Below are positions 26,701-39,400 of a stretch of 53,176 bases of DNA, in pieces (the first letter of the stretch is position 1; every line of letters starts with the position of its first letter). A program made the translations under genes and the position numbers. The stretch is from Trichoplax sp. H2 (lineage: Eukaryota), in the NCBI GenBank assembly GCA_003344405.1, contig NOWV01000165.1:124001-177176 (forward strand), in the 5' to 3' direction. A model generated the notes under the pieces. It was not told the DNA's origin and did no database searches. It was given only the letters and a program-made list of their open reading frames with translations.

Positions 26701-29700
26701 AGCTAAATTTTATACCTGGAAAGATCTCTAAAAGGTGATGATGGTCTGCTACTCGTGCGATCCTTATCTCAACATTCTGTTATATCATCTTTAAAATGCA
26801 GAGTATTTTTAATACTGTATATTAATTCGTGATTATGCAGCCAAAACTGGTTACCTTACCTTTAACAGCAAGATATTTAGCATATCATAGTGATAAGCCA
26901 GGTGTTACTTTATGATTTATTCGTCAATTTACTCCATCATTGAAGATAGGATTTACTATTTAACGATTATTTTTGACTAATTACAGGTCTTGCTAATTAA
27001 GATTTGAAATATCACATATATCACGATACTATCCCAGTTTCTAATATATCATTTTCAACAAGCTAGCAGTCGATATGATTTCTAATACACGAATGGTAAA
27101 TTCGTCCAACTAGCTCACTAATGATATTAAGGCTTACACTTTTCTATCTTATGGTAATAACAGCAACATATTATTAAAGCACCGATGCTGTTAGCCTATG
27201 AGTTCTTATCTTACAAGACTTGTCACGTGTTTACTCTTTGCATGCTAGAATATTTATAGTAATTATCTTGACATACGATGCATAATCAATTACTGTTAGG
27301 ATCAAACCCCTTAGAGCTTAGTTTCCCCTTAAAAATTTGGAATGAAATAAAGTGTATTAAACCAGCTCATGAGCTCTAGAGGAAGCATATATACAGCAGT
27401 AAGAAATATCTGGCTGTGAATTTTCTTTCAATGTCTTGCTTTGTGTAGAATATATATACCCGTCTATTTGAATGGGAACTTACTAGGATGGAGCAATAAT
27501 GCCGGCTTTTGAGCAGTTGTGATACTTAATTAATATGCTACAGTACTATAGTACTATCTGAATCAGCCAGATACTGAAAAAGAATTATTAACGTTAGTGA
27601 CTCACTAAATTTTTTTTGTAATCAGTTACAATTTTTAAAGTACCAAGCATATTTCCCTTCTCATAAGGCTTCCTAAATAAGAATTTGATAATTTTGGAAT
27701 CTCAACTATATATTAACAGATAATTATGATTATCATATAGTGTTAGCTTAGTGCTCTTTTTTCAAATCAGTTATAAAGATGTGATTGTTATTGATTTAAA
27801 AATGTAATGACTCTTTCAGTTATCATTCAACTTTTTCGAAAACTATTTGTAGGGTCTTAGATATTTTCGATCAGGAACAAATTACATTGAGCTCTGCATG
27901 TACGGATTTTCCTTGTTTCTGATGATCCGGCCGGGCCGTTCACCGGATGCGATGCAATGGATTTGTGGCAGTTTAGCTATTTGGCTGGCTTGGGTTAATA
28001 TCTTGCTATTCTTCGAAAGGTAACAAAACTAATCTATTTAATGACTGACTTACGTTAGATCGATTCTAAATGCTATCTCAGAGTACAATTTAATCATTAC
28101 AATTATTAACAGTTAAATATTTTCAACTTAGGATATCATCTCTTGGCATTTATGTAATCATGTTGAAGACAGTACTATACACCTTTCTTAAGGTTAGAAT
28201 TTTCACATAGTATTACTACACTTTTAGCGAAAGAATATCACGTGAGCTAATCAGAATGTACCAATTTATAGGTGATGTTCATCGTTATAATTTTCATCGT
28301 TGCGTTTGCCTTTGTATTTATTATATTAGCAGAGAATGAGGTAAGCACTAGAGAGTATCCAATTAAATTAGCTACCCATTTTCACTTCTTTTAACATTCA
28401 TATCTTGATGAAAATGGCTGAACGCCAGCATATACTTCATTCGTATAAGGATTAAATTAATTAATTGATCTTGATGAAACAGCTGAACGCCAGCATATAC
28501 TTCATTCGTATAAGGATTAAATTAATTAATTGATCTTGCTAGAAAGTATCAGTTTTTTAGCTACCTTTTATTATCATCGTATGGTCTAGTATACGCGGAC
28601 ATCAACAGCTGTGTAAATTAGAAGCTTTCAATGTACTATAACATCATAAATAAGCAAAATTACCAATTCCTATCGGTCATAATTACTCTTAATCTAAAAG
28701 AATCTTACAGTTCTCTTTTTCGGTAGCTTTTGAATATGGTTCCAATATGCGTGGATCTAAAAGAAATTTATCTTATTAATCTAACTAGCGATTAACATCT
28801 ACACTAGATCAGACTAAGTCTTTCAGTATCGCTAAAATTGCAGGTTACAGTAATTGATTATTTTACTCAAAATTTTATCATTTATTTAGTCTTAAGAATA
28901 TCTCCAATCGCAATAATAGTGTTGCAGTATATGTATTAATATGCATCTCTGACTAATGTACAAGTTTTAGTTCTGCTTAGTGCTATTCGGAAATACATTA
29001 GATGTCATATTTAGCATTACATCACTACGAAATATATATTCTTACTACCGTTAAAAGGAAAGTAAATTGTTTCTTTTCGCTGCTTTTTCAATCATAGGAC
29101 GTCTACGGTAGTTTTTCTCTATCTTGCATTAAAGTCCTCAATATGATGGTCGGCGAAATCGATTACAACGATATTTTTGTTCCTGCGATCACTAACAAAA
29201 CTATACCCTATCCTTACAATTATATGACAATGATTACTTTGATTGTCTTCATGTTTCTTATGCCTATCCTGCTAACTAATTTAATGGTAAGTAAATAAAA
29301 ACTGAATTATTTGAGCCGGACGTGATGTTCGTAGTATATTTCTAAAAACGTCCTTTTTCTATATTAGAGAAATCAATTTACCTTTCATGTAATAAATAAT
29401 ATGCTGTTTGCTATATGTACTTACTAGATCGGTTTAGCCATTGGAGACATTGATCAAATTCAAAAATCTGCGAATTTAAGACGGTTAGCTAATCAAGTAG
29501 ACTTCCTTGATGATCTTGAACGATCAATACCAGCATATTTAAGAAAGAAATTTCATAAATCCATGGCCATTAGATACATCAATTCTTTGCCATACAAGGT
29601 TTGTAGTAAGGATATCTTGCACTATATTCAATGATAAATAGCATCTTGTAAGGGAAGTAACTAGAATTTTAGAAGTAAAAGATGAATAGCAATATGGTCC

Positions 29701-30835
29701 TCAGCTAAGGTTTATTTACTAATGATTTACTATTTAATATATTAATTTCTTGTTCTAGTTGTACTCTTTAATTTATGGTGATGTTACCGACAACAACGAA
29801 AGTAGTCTAGAACCAAACGACGAACAATTTAGAAAAGTTTTTACAGAGTTGGATTCCCATCAGCATCAGTAAGCCAATATAAGCTGTATATTGTAACAAT
29901 ATGTAACTTAAAGATTTTCCTATCAGTTATAATTAGGTTTAAAATCATTTCAAAAGTAAAACAATTTGACTGATTACTATTGATTGATATAAAGACATTC
30001 GAATCTTATGATGAGTTGGATGTTTAATTTTTAACATTTGGTAATCATAATCTAGAAAAATCGAGTAGCTTACTGCTACAAAAGTTAAGGCTTCTGAGCA
30101 TTTCTCAAAATGTATGATAAATGAATCAACTTCGAACCTGAATACTTCACAGTTAAACCACAACAATATTAACCTGTATTAACTTCTTATCAATTCTATT
30201 TTTAGATTTTGATAGATTAATCATAATTATCGCTGTATACCTCATGTACTACAGTATTTTGATTTTACTTATTAGATAGAAGAGAAATTTCCATTTTATC
30301 AATTCTTTGCAAGCTATGATTAGCATTAGGATTATCGTATTGTTAATATACTTATTCTATAGTACTTTAGCAACAATCCCATCAATTTCATCAGATAGAA
30401 GAGAAATTTCAATCTTCAATTTTTTCCTCTATTCATATTTTTGTAGACAAGCTACGCAGAAGTTAAGGACACGATTGATTAATCATAACAGATATTATCA
30501 CTGTATTCGATATAGACTATTTCAACAAACCATTTTAACAATTTTATCAGATAGTATTAGGCTTTTAATAATTTATTTTGCTCTAATTTACCGCTAGTTC
30601 GCGGAGCATAGTTATAAATAAGATGTAGAACAGCATACAACCGACTATAAAGGATGTACTATTTACATCATGCCATAACGTAACATCCTCAATTTATAAC
30701 CTTAAAGATATTTTTTCTGATTGCAGGATGAAAAATCTCTCGCTACAAGTAGATAAAGTGCTCAAACTATTATCCGATAGAAAATGTGATAAAGAACATG
30801 ATTCACTACTTGAGAGCTTGCAAACACCGATTTGA
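20776..30835 (+). CDS. TRPA1: TRPA1-like cation channel, paralog 3 (first coding exon(s) uncertain, possibly from ATG 18889)
   Basis: Exons ~20776-20944 (AAKSGDIELIEK...), 21165-21340, 21451-21558/21570, 21770-21976, 22101-22148, 22308-22481, 23424-23618, 23712-23795, 23897-23979, 24112-24272, 24604-24715, 24796-24965, 25171-25255, 25323-25382, 25489-25593, 25685-25755, 26226-26493, 26605-26697, 27853-28019, 28132-28192, 28272-28340, 29098-29286, 29428-29598, 29759-29868, 30727-30835 (TGA). About 17 ankyrin repeats, pore 'NMMVGEIDYND', S6 'MPILLTNLMIGLAIGDI'. A possible upstream path is 18889-18914 plus 20341-20410 (phase-compatible, unverified). Confidence 0.92.
28402..28538. repeat. Near-perfect 66-bp tandem duplication in an intron of paralog 3
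   Basis: 'atcttgatgaaa..gctgaacgccagcatatacttcattcgtataaggattaaattaattaattg' occurs at 28402 and 28468. Confidence 0.92.
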
Positions 30836-32948
30836 GTACCCCAATGTGTGAATGTTGAATTTTAACGAACTTTTATTTTAGCAACTGTTACTAAACAGGA
30901 AGTTATATTCTGCCCATTTTAAATAATTTAATACTAATCAGCGGTAATTAAAATTTGCTATACGTTTGGTATGATATTAGCTGAATATTATTAATCAACA
31001 GGTAAACATTTTCCTACTAATTCTAGTGTATAACTTATTTTAATCACCTAGCGTGTAGACGTTGGCGTAGGATGCGCTACTATCACTAGATATTCGTCAA
31101 GGTTTATATTAATAAGCTAAGAAGTAATTCGTAAAATTTAAAATATTATCTATAATACGTTAAAATTGTAGGCGTAGCCGTAAATTGTACTTTGATTATT
31201 CAGATAAAATTTTCTCTGCATAGATCCGAAAGTTATAATCGCTATCTTATTATCTATCTCAAATAATCAGTTAATAAAAATACTGGCCATAAGTTAATTT
31301 ACGACTGCATCACAAAAATAAAAGTCTGTAATGATGTCATCTAATTACAGTAGTTACCGGGTATGTGTTAGAGTAAAAACCCACACACTACAAACTCCTT
31401 CTATGTCTTCTTGCTGTAGTACTGGAGGATACAGTTAAGTTGTTTAGGTGAAATGGACCTGCTATAGAGCTATTTTAGGCATTCCTGCTATCCGATATAG
31501 TAAGTTTGGTGCAATTAAACATAATTAATTATTAGAAGCAGAATTCCAGCATCGCTGTAGTTTTAAATTTTATTGAACAACGGTGGAAATCTAAGTCTAG
31601 ACTTAATCAGAGATTTGAGCTGGACCTGTAATGATAGCAGTCAATGCCGAGCCTATAAATATTCTAGTTGTACTGTATCTTAAAGACTTCGTTCCATAGC
31701 TTCTCCAAGTTATAGCAAGTGTGCTTGATTATAGCCAACAGTCTAGTACTGAAGATCTCGATCCTTTTCTATGCAGTGAAGACTTAGGCTACATTTTTAA
31801 AATAAGCACCTTATAAACTATAAATAATAAGTTACAGAATTAGTTTTGATATTTTCCACTACAGACCTCATAACTGAATCCATCTATGAGGAATTGTTTA
31901 GCCTGTCGGTATATAATATCTACAGCAGAGAATACTTAGTGCAAACAATTCTAGGCAATCTTTGAACAAATATCTGATCTTACTTGCCTAATTTTAAGAG
32001 AGGTAATGACTGATTCATGCGTATAAAATAAAACTCACAGCTAAAAAGATCTATCACAGGGAATACCTGCTGTATATCACCTAACTACAATATTAGGTAG
32101 TCCTTAATTAAGGAAATAATACTCGTTTTCGGACTTTAGTCACACTTGTCTAATTTTATAGATGGCTTCGACAAAGATTAGTGCATCAAAATTTAATCTT
32201 GCGGCTGAATAGGTTAACTACTGCAGAGTATAGCATAGCTACGTATAAGCTAAAATAGCTTTTCGCCAGTTTTATTACACATTTAAATCCATACTTACAG
32301 AGTTACTACAGTAACAGTTATATCCAATTATAATTTCAAGGCTATCTTTCGTCAGACATAAACGAAGCGGATAGAATATTAGATCCTCCATTTTAAAATT
32401 AATGAGTTATAAGCAATGAAGTAAAGTATTTCAGATATTAATTTTTTTATTATAAAAGTAGAGTCATCTATCAAAATTGCACCAAATATAAGATTAATAA
32501 CAGATTGATTCTTAAAGCTATTGGGACTTTATCAGGTAAGCTATCTTTCTGAAGATCGTTTCTATGCCAATTAAATGCTCCAGAATTGTTCAATCTGGTT
32601 ATTATCCTTGCAGAATAATATTTTATGCTATAAGATCGTATAAAAAATATTCAGTAATATTAAATCACTCGACTATAAAATCAATGACTAATTAATCTGT
32701 TCTCCTGACTAATTGAATTTTATTGTGTACGGCACATTCTTTACCTCAATATCATTTTCATCTCAATCTGATGTTATAAAAGTTATTGCAGCAAAACACT
32801 GTTACTATCCATATTCAAGTCGAAGACTATATTAATTTTATCGCCTGCTATCTTAATATTATAACAGCGGTTATAGTAGTTAATACTTAATTATTTTGGA
32901 TCAGGTAATCCAATATTTTTATACATGCAACTAATGTATTCAATCGCT

Positions 32949-32957
32949 ATGACGTCA
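32949..32957. promoter_or_regulatory. Perfect CRE/ATF site (ATGACGTCA) ~460 bp upstream of the paralog 4 start
   Basis: TGACGTCA is at 32950-32957. Function is inferred only. Confidence 0.3.
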
Positions 32958-33410
32958 GTCATAAAATTTGTTCCATATGCTTCCAGTTTTTAACTATTTG
33001 ATTATACTTTATGATATCAATGCTCCTGATCTTGATCTAGTATTCAGCTGATGCTTATATAGGAAGAAAAATAATAATTAATTCAATGAAACCATATTGT
33101 CAACCATTAAAATGTTTATGCGAATTGAAGAACAATTTATATCAAATACTTGTACCAATACCTACTATGGCATGTAAACTTCTCATAGAAATTGACTGAT
33201 TTTAATCACTGACCTATGCTAACAACTTAAAGCAGGTCGTCAGAAAACCTTATAATTTAGTTTTTCCTTCGTAAGCATTGCTAATTTTATGAAAACAGGT
33301 GAAAGATTTTCATCTATCACCTGCTCTTAATATTAACTTCAAAAATGTTTACAACTACCACAGTTCCCAAAACTAAATTTTTTGTGTCCGGTAAGAAATT
33401 AAAATTTAGT

Positions 33411-36400
33411 ATGAACGATGTCTTTCGAGTAAGTAAAGAGTGTTTGCTGTTTGAGAATTAGATGGTAAAAATAAAAAATTTACTAATACTAATATTATGC
33501 TATTGATTCTACAAATATTTTCATGCACAGGCAGCTAAAGTTGGTGATTTGACACTTGCTGAACAAGCATTGATAAATTCCTATTCAGTATCATTTGTTA
33601 ACAGACTAGATGAAAATAGCTTATCGCCAGTTCACTATGCAAGCCAATTTAATCGAGCGGAATTGATTGAAATCTTAACTAAGCATAATGCAGGTTGGAT
33701 CCTCACCTATCATCCTGCAATCTGTATACATACACGTTTAAATTAAATTTAAACAGTATTTGTCAGCGCTTTCTATTCGTCGGATAGTCTTGGATTATAG
33801 TGATCACCAGGCCGTTTGCCTACAAGTACAGAATGATGTAGGGATATTTTTGCTTATTCTAATCTTTATTATTGATTCTACATTAGATGTTAACGTAAAA
33901 GGTCTAGATGGTATAACGCCATTACATGTAGCCGCCAAATACAATAGTTTAGATGCTTTACAAATTCTGCTAACACTCGGTGCGAAATTAGACGCCCAAG
34001 ATGATGATAATCAGACACCTTTGCATATAGCTGCAAAGCAAGGCAACGTCGATATATGTATGGTAAGCTAATTGATGAACAGAGTTATTAGTATCAAAGA
34101 AATTCACAATAAGCGCTAGAACCAGACTCTACTAAGTACTATAAAATTTACAGCTAATCTTGGTACCTCATCGAAAGCATGAATTCCATTTACATCATTC
34201 ATAATAAAGAAGAATTAATCTTCAAATTACTGTAGTAACTAGTCATTTAGGTTTATGAATTTCATCGAAAAATATGTTTGCCAAGTATTGCTTATTTTCT
34301 AAATTTTGCATGATATTTGATATAACTTCAACAATGCTAACATATCAGCCAAATGATTCAAATTAGATTATACTGAACCAGAACAGATCCTTAATTGCTG
34401 CCGTGGATAAAGATTTGCTAACGCCATTACACCTAGCTTGTAGTCGCGGCAAGCTACTGGTGTGTCAATTACTGGTAAGAATTATAAGGAAATAGCACGT
34501 GAAGTGTTTAAGATTTTTAATCACGACTCTACCAGAAGTCGATTAGGACTTTAATAGCCACCTATATCTAATCGCAAGTAGTAAAGAGATTCCTATCAAA
34601 TATAGATTAAAATTAAGCACACTAATAAGTGCAGTAATAGTCATCCATCAGACATGAAATAATGAGAAATCCTTAATCATAAGTTTAGCTTTCAGATCTT
34701 AGGCATGGGATGGATTTTACGTTGCAGAACATTACTACAAGATTATGATATGCTCACCAATTTTATAATAGTGGTAGAATTTAGTATTAAATACATATCA
34801 TTGATTAATTGCACACTACTTAGCAGTGTAGCTATATGATATCTATGTGTAAATAAGTAGTTTACTCGAATAGAAAGTACAGTAACAGCTAGTGAGTTTT
34901 AGTGTTAGATATATAGCATTGATTAATTGCAATCACCACTAAACAGCGTAGCTATGTATATAACGTCTATACGGTAATAAAGTAGTTTACTTAAATAGGA
35001 GATACAGCTAGTGAGTTTTTAGTGTCAGATGTCTAGTATTGATTAATTATACAATTTAACTGTAGAGTATTAAATTCACTAATAACAGAGCAATATTATC
35101 CTTTATTCAGTATAGTTGCAAATATAATCCGAAGTAGAGCATTGTACTGTCCTGTAAACTTCCTTCTGCATAGTAATCTAGCACCTATACTTCTTCGTCT
35201 ACATATGGAAGCGCGCAAAATGGAGATGTTAAATTTGAACATACCATTTTTAAATAAAGCTATCATCCCGTACATACAGTAGAGTAATTATAGAATCGAC
35301 AATATATACTGTAGCTATGTGCTAAATTATTAATTCTGACATAATCAATTTCTGTGCTAAACCTTTAATCCTATTTCTCTCCAATATCATTAGCTTTCAT
35401 ATTAATTTACACAGTAAATCTTGAACGTAGATTAGAAATGGAGCTAATATTAATGCACAAGCCATCGATGGTAGTATTCCAATACATTTCGCTGCAATTC
35501 GAGGAAGTGTTGAAGTTATGCAACTCTTGTTAGATACAGTCCAAGCACGAAATCTTAAGTTAAGCCAACATTTACTTGAAAGTGATTATGACGGCAGAAC
35601 AGTCATTCATAAAGCAGTTCAAGGAGGCAATATGGAGGTGAAAGATAGATTATTTCATAGTTAGTTTGTTCACCCTCTACCTTATACTAAAATTTTGTCC
35701 TTATTTGTATTGTATTAGGCAGTTTTATTATGTCTAAGGAATTCCGCTGACATCGCTGCGTACCAAGTAAGAACATATGATGACACAGAGCATCTAAATT
35801 TTAAATACCATCAAGATAATTTATACCACAATCTCAAAGTTGCTTCCAAACCTAATCATATCGAAACTTCCATCACAAAAACTTTTTGATTCGTTATAAG
35901 CAAAGTCTATTCTTATTTCAATCTGTAGAGAGATGGGACTACAGCTTTGCATATTGCGGCAGCTGGTGGATTAACAGATATTGCCGATGCTTTAATTCAG
36001 AGTTTTGCTCCAATTGAAGCTAAAGATAATCAAGGTAGAACAAGTCTCCATTTAGCATCCATGTATGGCCATTTAAAAGTAGTGAAAGTCTTGGTAGAAA
36101 ATGTAAGTTTACGCTTTTGAGCCGAGTACTACTAGAAGAAATATCCGTTGTTTAAATGTAAAATCGAAACCAAAATCGTAAATGAAATGGTCGATTTGCT
36201 AGAGCTATTGAATTGATTGAATTCTCTCTCTCAATCTTATTCATCTAGAGAGCTAGGATTGATTTGGTGGACGACAAATTAAGAACTGCATTATCCTATG
36301 CTATAGAACAAGGCCAATTAGCTGTCAGTAAATACTTAATCCGAGAAAAAGCCAATCTGCATGTCGCTGACTATCAGGGTAGAAACTATATGCATATCGC

Positions 36401-39400
36401 TGCCTGGCAAAATAACACGGAAATCATGGCTTATCTTCTAACGGTAAATAATCGCAACTTATTTATATTCGATGCAGAATTGACAGAAATAAGAAAGAAC
36501 TAGTATCAATTTAAATTCCATATCAGAATTCGATCTGTGATCAAAAATAGGCTATAAATGAATTTAAAGAATTTTTTTCTAATCATTCAGAGAGGTGCTG
36601 ATGGATTTATTAACGAAATCGATAAATTTGAAAGAACTCCTTTACATTACGCTGCTGAAGAAGGCAGTTATTCGGTATCTACGGCAAAAACTTAATACTA
36701 ATGAAATTACATAAACCTAGCATACACTTCATCCAGCTAGAATTCCTCCCTTGCTTTAATTTTAATAGCGTTCAAATTTAGCAATTATTCCTTCTTTTAA
36801 GGTTATAAGTCAAAGAATTTTCTTTAAACCTACTATTAGATGCTACTTCATTCTCATCTAAATTAATTAATTACACAGTGGACATCCAAATCTTATTGCA
36901 AATTATATGACAAACAGCGCTCTAAACCAACAAAGCTAGAATTTACAAGTGCATGCAATGTTGTGAGGATAAATTCTATTAAGCTTGCTGGCTATTAAAG
37001 AAGCACTTTGATTAATATCATTAGCAAGCTTTAAACATTGTTACCGATTAATATTTACATTTAATCCATTAACAAAGAGTTAAACCATTATCTGGTTTAT
37101 TATTAAACGCTACCCATTCGCATTTAGATTGCGTCAATTGCACAGTGTACATCCAAATCTTATTATATGACAAATAGAGCTCTATGTCAAATAGGCTAAA
37201 ATTTACAGCTGCAGACAATATCTTTAGGATAAATTCTTTTAAGTTTATTAGCTATTAAAGAAATACTTTCATTAATACCAGTAGCAAGCTTTAAACATTG
37301 TTATCGATTAATATATTCACTTAATTTATTAGAGAAGTGTTAAACTAATATCTATTTTAATCTACTAGTTTAGTTAAAATTTACGGTCATATCCAGGTTT
37401 AGATACCGTTTGATTTAAATATTTGTTGATATTTGACAAGTTGGCAATTAGTTATAGCGCAGTTACATCATGTGTCTCTCAAAATCATGTAATAGTTATT
37501 ACATGCATATTGATATTGTTATTTATATTTTCAACCTTAAAGCTAAAAGTAAATCAAGACAAAATTTAGCCTATCGTAACTTCATAATTTTACGAATATT
37601 ATACTAATATTCTTCTAATAGGCCATGGAAACATTATTGGCCAACAAAGCAGCGTTGGATATAACAGATGCAGACGATAATACTCCATTACATTTAGCTT
37701 GTAGGCAAGTTTCCTCGTCGATATCTTCCTTACTACTGCATATTAAATATCCATGTGTACTCAGTGATTATAGGATACAGTTATGCGGTAATCTCAACGA
37801 TTTACATCCAGCCTATTCTACTTATTTTATTTAGAAGAGGAGATTTTTACTGCGTTAAATTATTGTGTGATAAATCGCTAAATAAACTGAATAGCCCAGG
37901 GGAACGTTCTCGAACACCTTTACATATGGCCGTAATTTATGATCACCTCAAAGTTGTCCTACAGTTAATAAAGTATGGAGCTGATATTAACAGGAGGTGA
38001 GATAATTCCAATTTACAGTAGCTCAGATTCCATCTTTCCATCCAGCCTAGTATTAATATAAAAGTAAAACTTTCTCAGGTTTTATATTCTGTACAATACT
38101 ATAAAACATTATGCTTGATTTAGGACTAAAATCACTATTGATGCAAAACAGCTAATTGATACTAATTACCGCATTTGATTCTATCAAAAATATCATTATC
38201 CATTATGCTAGGGATGGAAGCTACTGTACACCTTTGAATTTAGCTGCATCAAAAGGTTATGAAGATATTATTACAGTATTACTTGATGCCGGTGCGAACA
38301 TCGATATTCAAAATAGTAAACGCGTAAGTTGCCATTTGAAGATTATTAGTATGAATTATATTTTGCTTTTCTAAGCCGTTAATTCTCCAGGATTACGAAT
38401 TTATACATCTCATTGGATTTATACTGTAATAACGGAGTTAATATATTTGTACCGTTAACCACCATGTTCTTCATCTTATCATTAATATATTCTGATCTTG
38501 ATTTAATTCTCAAGTCGAATACTAGTTTACAAAGTATCGATGTACTTTTCAACTAGTAGGCTATTAAGTTTAAATTATGGTTATAGCTATAATCAATAGG
38601 GATATAAGCAAACAGTTTCATTTTATATATATATATATAACTGAAACTAGTCTCATTTTCGCTTCGTATTAGTCTTAGGAGCGAACTGGACCGTTGAATA
38701 TATGTTGACCACAAATTTTTAGTTTACCATATTCCTTCCTTCCCTAAGTCTTAATTTTCACAGGAACTCAATACATATAGTCTAATCTCCTAGGTATCAT
38801 ACCTTTACAATCGATGATGCAGTAGTTCAATATTTAGTTGTATGCAATCCAATCATAGTAATAAATCAATCAATAAATAAACAATACCAAAGGCGGGCGT
38901 AGTATTTAATTTATAAATACTCTTTAATGGATTTTAGCAAACAGCGCTACATATTGCAGTATTTCATGGGCATACAGAAATAGCTAAAATACTTATTAAA
39001 CGAGGAAGTAGCTTACTGGGGCGAGATGAAGAGAATAAATCATGCCTTGATATTGCGATCGAGCGCAATCATGAAGAAATTGTATCCATTATAGTCAAGG
39101 AAAAAGAGTAAGATATCGGAATGGCCTAATGAGCTAAACTACATCAATCAATTCTAATTTATTTTAATGATTAATATAGGCAATCTCATATAATAAGGCT
39201 TTATTCATCGCGTTATTTTTGTTAGAGGACGCCAGATCATGCTTGAAGGTGGGCGATATTCCCAGACACCAATGCAGAAAATAATTGCAAAATTGCCTGA
39301 TGTCGCTCTGGTTAGCAGATAGACTTTTCTCCATATTCATCGATATCCTATCTTTACTTTAGTCTCCTGACAATTCAATTTGCTATAAATTTTTATAATT

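Noticed and set aside
29945-30597. ORFs 29945-30166 (-) and 30307-30597 (+) as nested genes
   Set aside because: They lie in the last intron of paralog 3, are AT-biased (I/F/Y/L-rich), and include a small local duplication ('agatagaagagaaatttc' twice).
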